Shown here: piece by piece, positions 62,336-64,000 of the stretch
How the letters are laid out: each line of letters begins with the position of its first letter
Position numbering within the stretch: position 1 is the first letter of the stretch
NCBI GenBank assembly: GCA_034780895.1
Contig: JAUZTB010000033.1
Coordinates: forward strand, 38,045,605-38,109,604
DNA length: 64,000 nt
DNA from: Rhynchobatus australiae
Lineage: Eukaryota
Direction: 5' to 3'
Translations under genes and position numbers: made by a program
Notes under the pieces: generated by a model
What the model was told of the DNA's origin: nothing
Databases searched by the model: none
What the model saw: the letters and a program-made list of their open reading frames with translations, nothing else

Positions 62336-64000
62336 GTGTGAGCTCTTCATTTCTTCTGCAAGAAATTACAACTCAATTGATGAAAAATCTTCTGACAGTG
62401 TACTTAAATTTCGTAAGAGCATCTGGTAAGGTTCTTTTGGTAAGAACTCAAACTGGAAACTGGAGATTCAGTCTAAATCTTCACAATACCTTGAAATATA
62501 TATTTGTTTAACAATAGAAAACAATGGGTGTTGGTTCATGGAATTTCAGGGTTGTGGCAGAGGAGGACTGTCCTTTAATAACTTTGCCCAGATATTGCGA
62601 TTGGATCAATATTATGTTTAACTTAATCATAACTTTCATTCAGTAACTTACTAAAATTAGGTAATTTTACAGGCAACTCAAACTAGCAGAAGCATTTGAT
62701 TCCAGTAAGAGTACAAGAAAAATACAAAGTAAACCAAAATACACGTTGTCTGGTGAAAGACAGATGAAATATAATGTGGACTAATTTAAAGTAATGCAAA
62801 TAGTTCATGAATATTGCTGATGCAGCTGAGGATGAAGTTAAGAGACTTTTAGGATTCCAAACTTAAGGTTTCCTCCAGGTTAGAGCAGCTTTCACCGATC
62901 AACAAAACCAATAGAATATTGAACTATTNNNNNNNNNNCTAGAAAAAAGCAATTGTAGGCTGATCTTCACAAGGAATAGACAGTATATGGGAAGAGCTTA
63001 TGGATAGAGTATTCAAGGCAAAAACTGGTATTATTTCAACAGGAATGGAATATTATCAGCTGAATAGACATCTTTAACTGCATTTATCTGCTGGTTTAGC
63101 AACAACTGATGTTGTATCCCATTTGGAATGAATGCATGTCCATGTCTCCTTCCTTGAGGTCCTGGATCTACCTGAGCAGTCAGCCATGGTCAGCACAGAA
63201 TGTCTAGTAGTCAAGTGCTGCCAACATTCATTGAATGAATGTGTTAGCTGCTCAATTTTGGTGGGAGTGGGGGAAAGCACTCAATGTTAGTTGTACCACA
63301 CTCTGAAGAATGTGGCTTGAGTTATCTGCAGTCAGGTCTTCCAGTGCCACTGAATGTCCCTTTAACACTGAGAAAAGCAAAGGGAGATTTGCTGAGGCTT
63401 TTCTGTGATTGTCATAAAGCTCCACACTGTGGGAGAGGTCAGACATGCTAATGTGTATTGTGGATGGAAGTGCAGGGTGCAATGTCACCTGACATGATCT
63501 CACCTCGCAATAATTACAAGATGATCTATTTCAGGTAAAATCAAAATTGAATCACATAGTGTTGGAAAAGCGAGCACTCCACAATCCACTAGTTCTCTGG
63601 TTAAATGCTTTATTTTAGGATATCTAGTGCTTACTGTATTGATTAAGACATTTGTTACAACACAAAAGTATCAGAATATTTTTTCAAGTGTTATTTCTTA
63701 TATACATTTTAAAATAGTACTTGATTGAATTATTTCATGGCNNNNNNNNNNNNNNNNNNNNNNNNNNNNNNNNNNNNNNNNNNNNNNNNNNNNNNNNNNN
63801 NNNNNNNNNNNNNNNCCCACCTTAAAATGATTCTGCCACATTATATTCAACACAGAAAATATCAAAGATGAAAAAGTAAAGTTCTTGAGGTTGAATATGA
63901 AAAGCAAGATTTCCTCTGCAGCAATTCAACATCTACACAAATGTAACACTTCTTAAATCTTAGTATTTGGCAAACAGCCCTGATCCAAAGATTATAGGAT

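Noticed and set aside
61523-64000. Search for the next TKFC exon (expected YG.A.PGDRTM)
   Set aside because: Not found; probably beyond the window or in a gap, so no evidence of loss

Overview
Intron-rich vertebrate genomic DNA from a gapped draft assembly. The repeat content (HE1/V-SINE-like, CR1, Penelope-derived repeats) suggests a cartilaginous fish, probably a ray; this is inference. Two + strand genes are supported by splice sites and translation. The first is the last five coding exons of PTPN5 (STEP phosphatase; 1350-11048), with intact WPD, HCSAGIGR and Q-loop motifs. The second is TKFC/DAK (triokinase/FMN cyclase), starting at a CpG island (ATG at 28853), with 14 exons traced to 61522 and the gene running off the window. 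Main observations: (1) a ~1.2 kb degenerate fold-back directly 3' of the PTPN5 stop, with G-U-biased mismatches in its core, spanning and apparently closing an assembly gap; (2) a TKFC exon whose 5' third is replaced by teleost-like repeat DNA (chimera/contamination or a real disruption); (3) a Penelope-like element and dispersed derivatives carrying minimal hammerhead-ribozyme-like motifs, including a palindromic copy with a perfect 16-bp target-site duplication. Exon sizes and family assignments are from recall and manual reading, not database searches.
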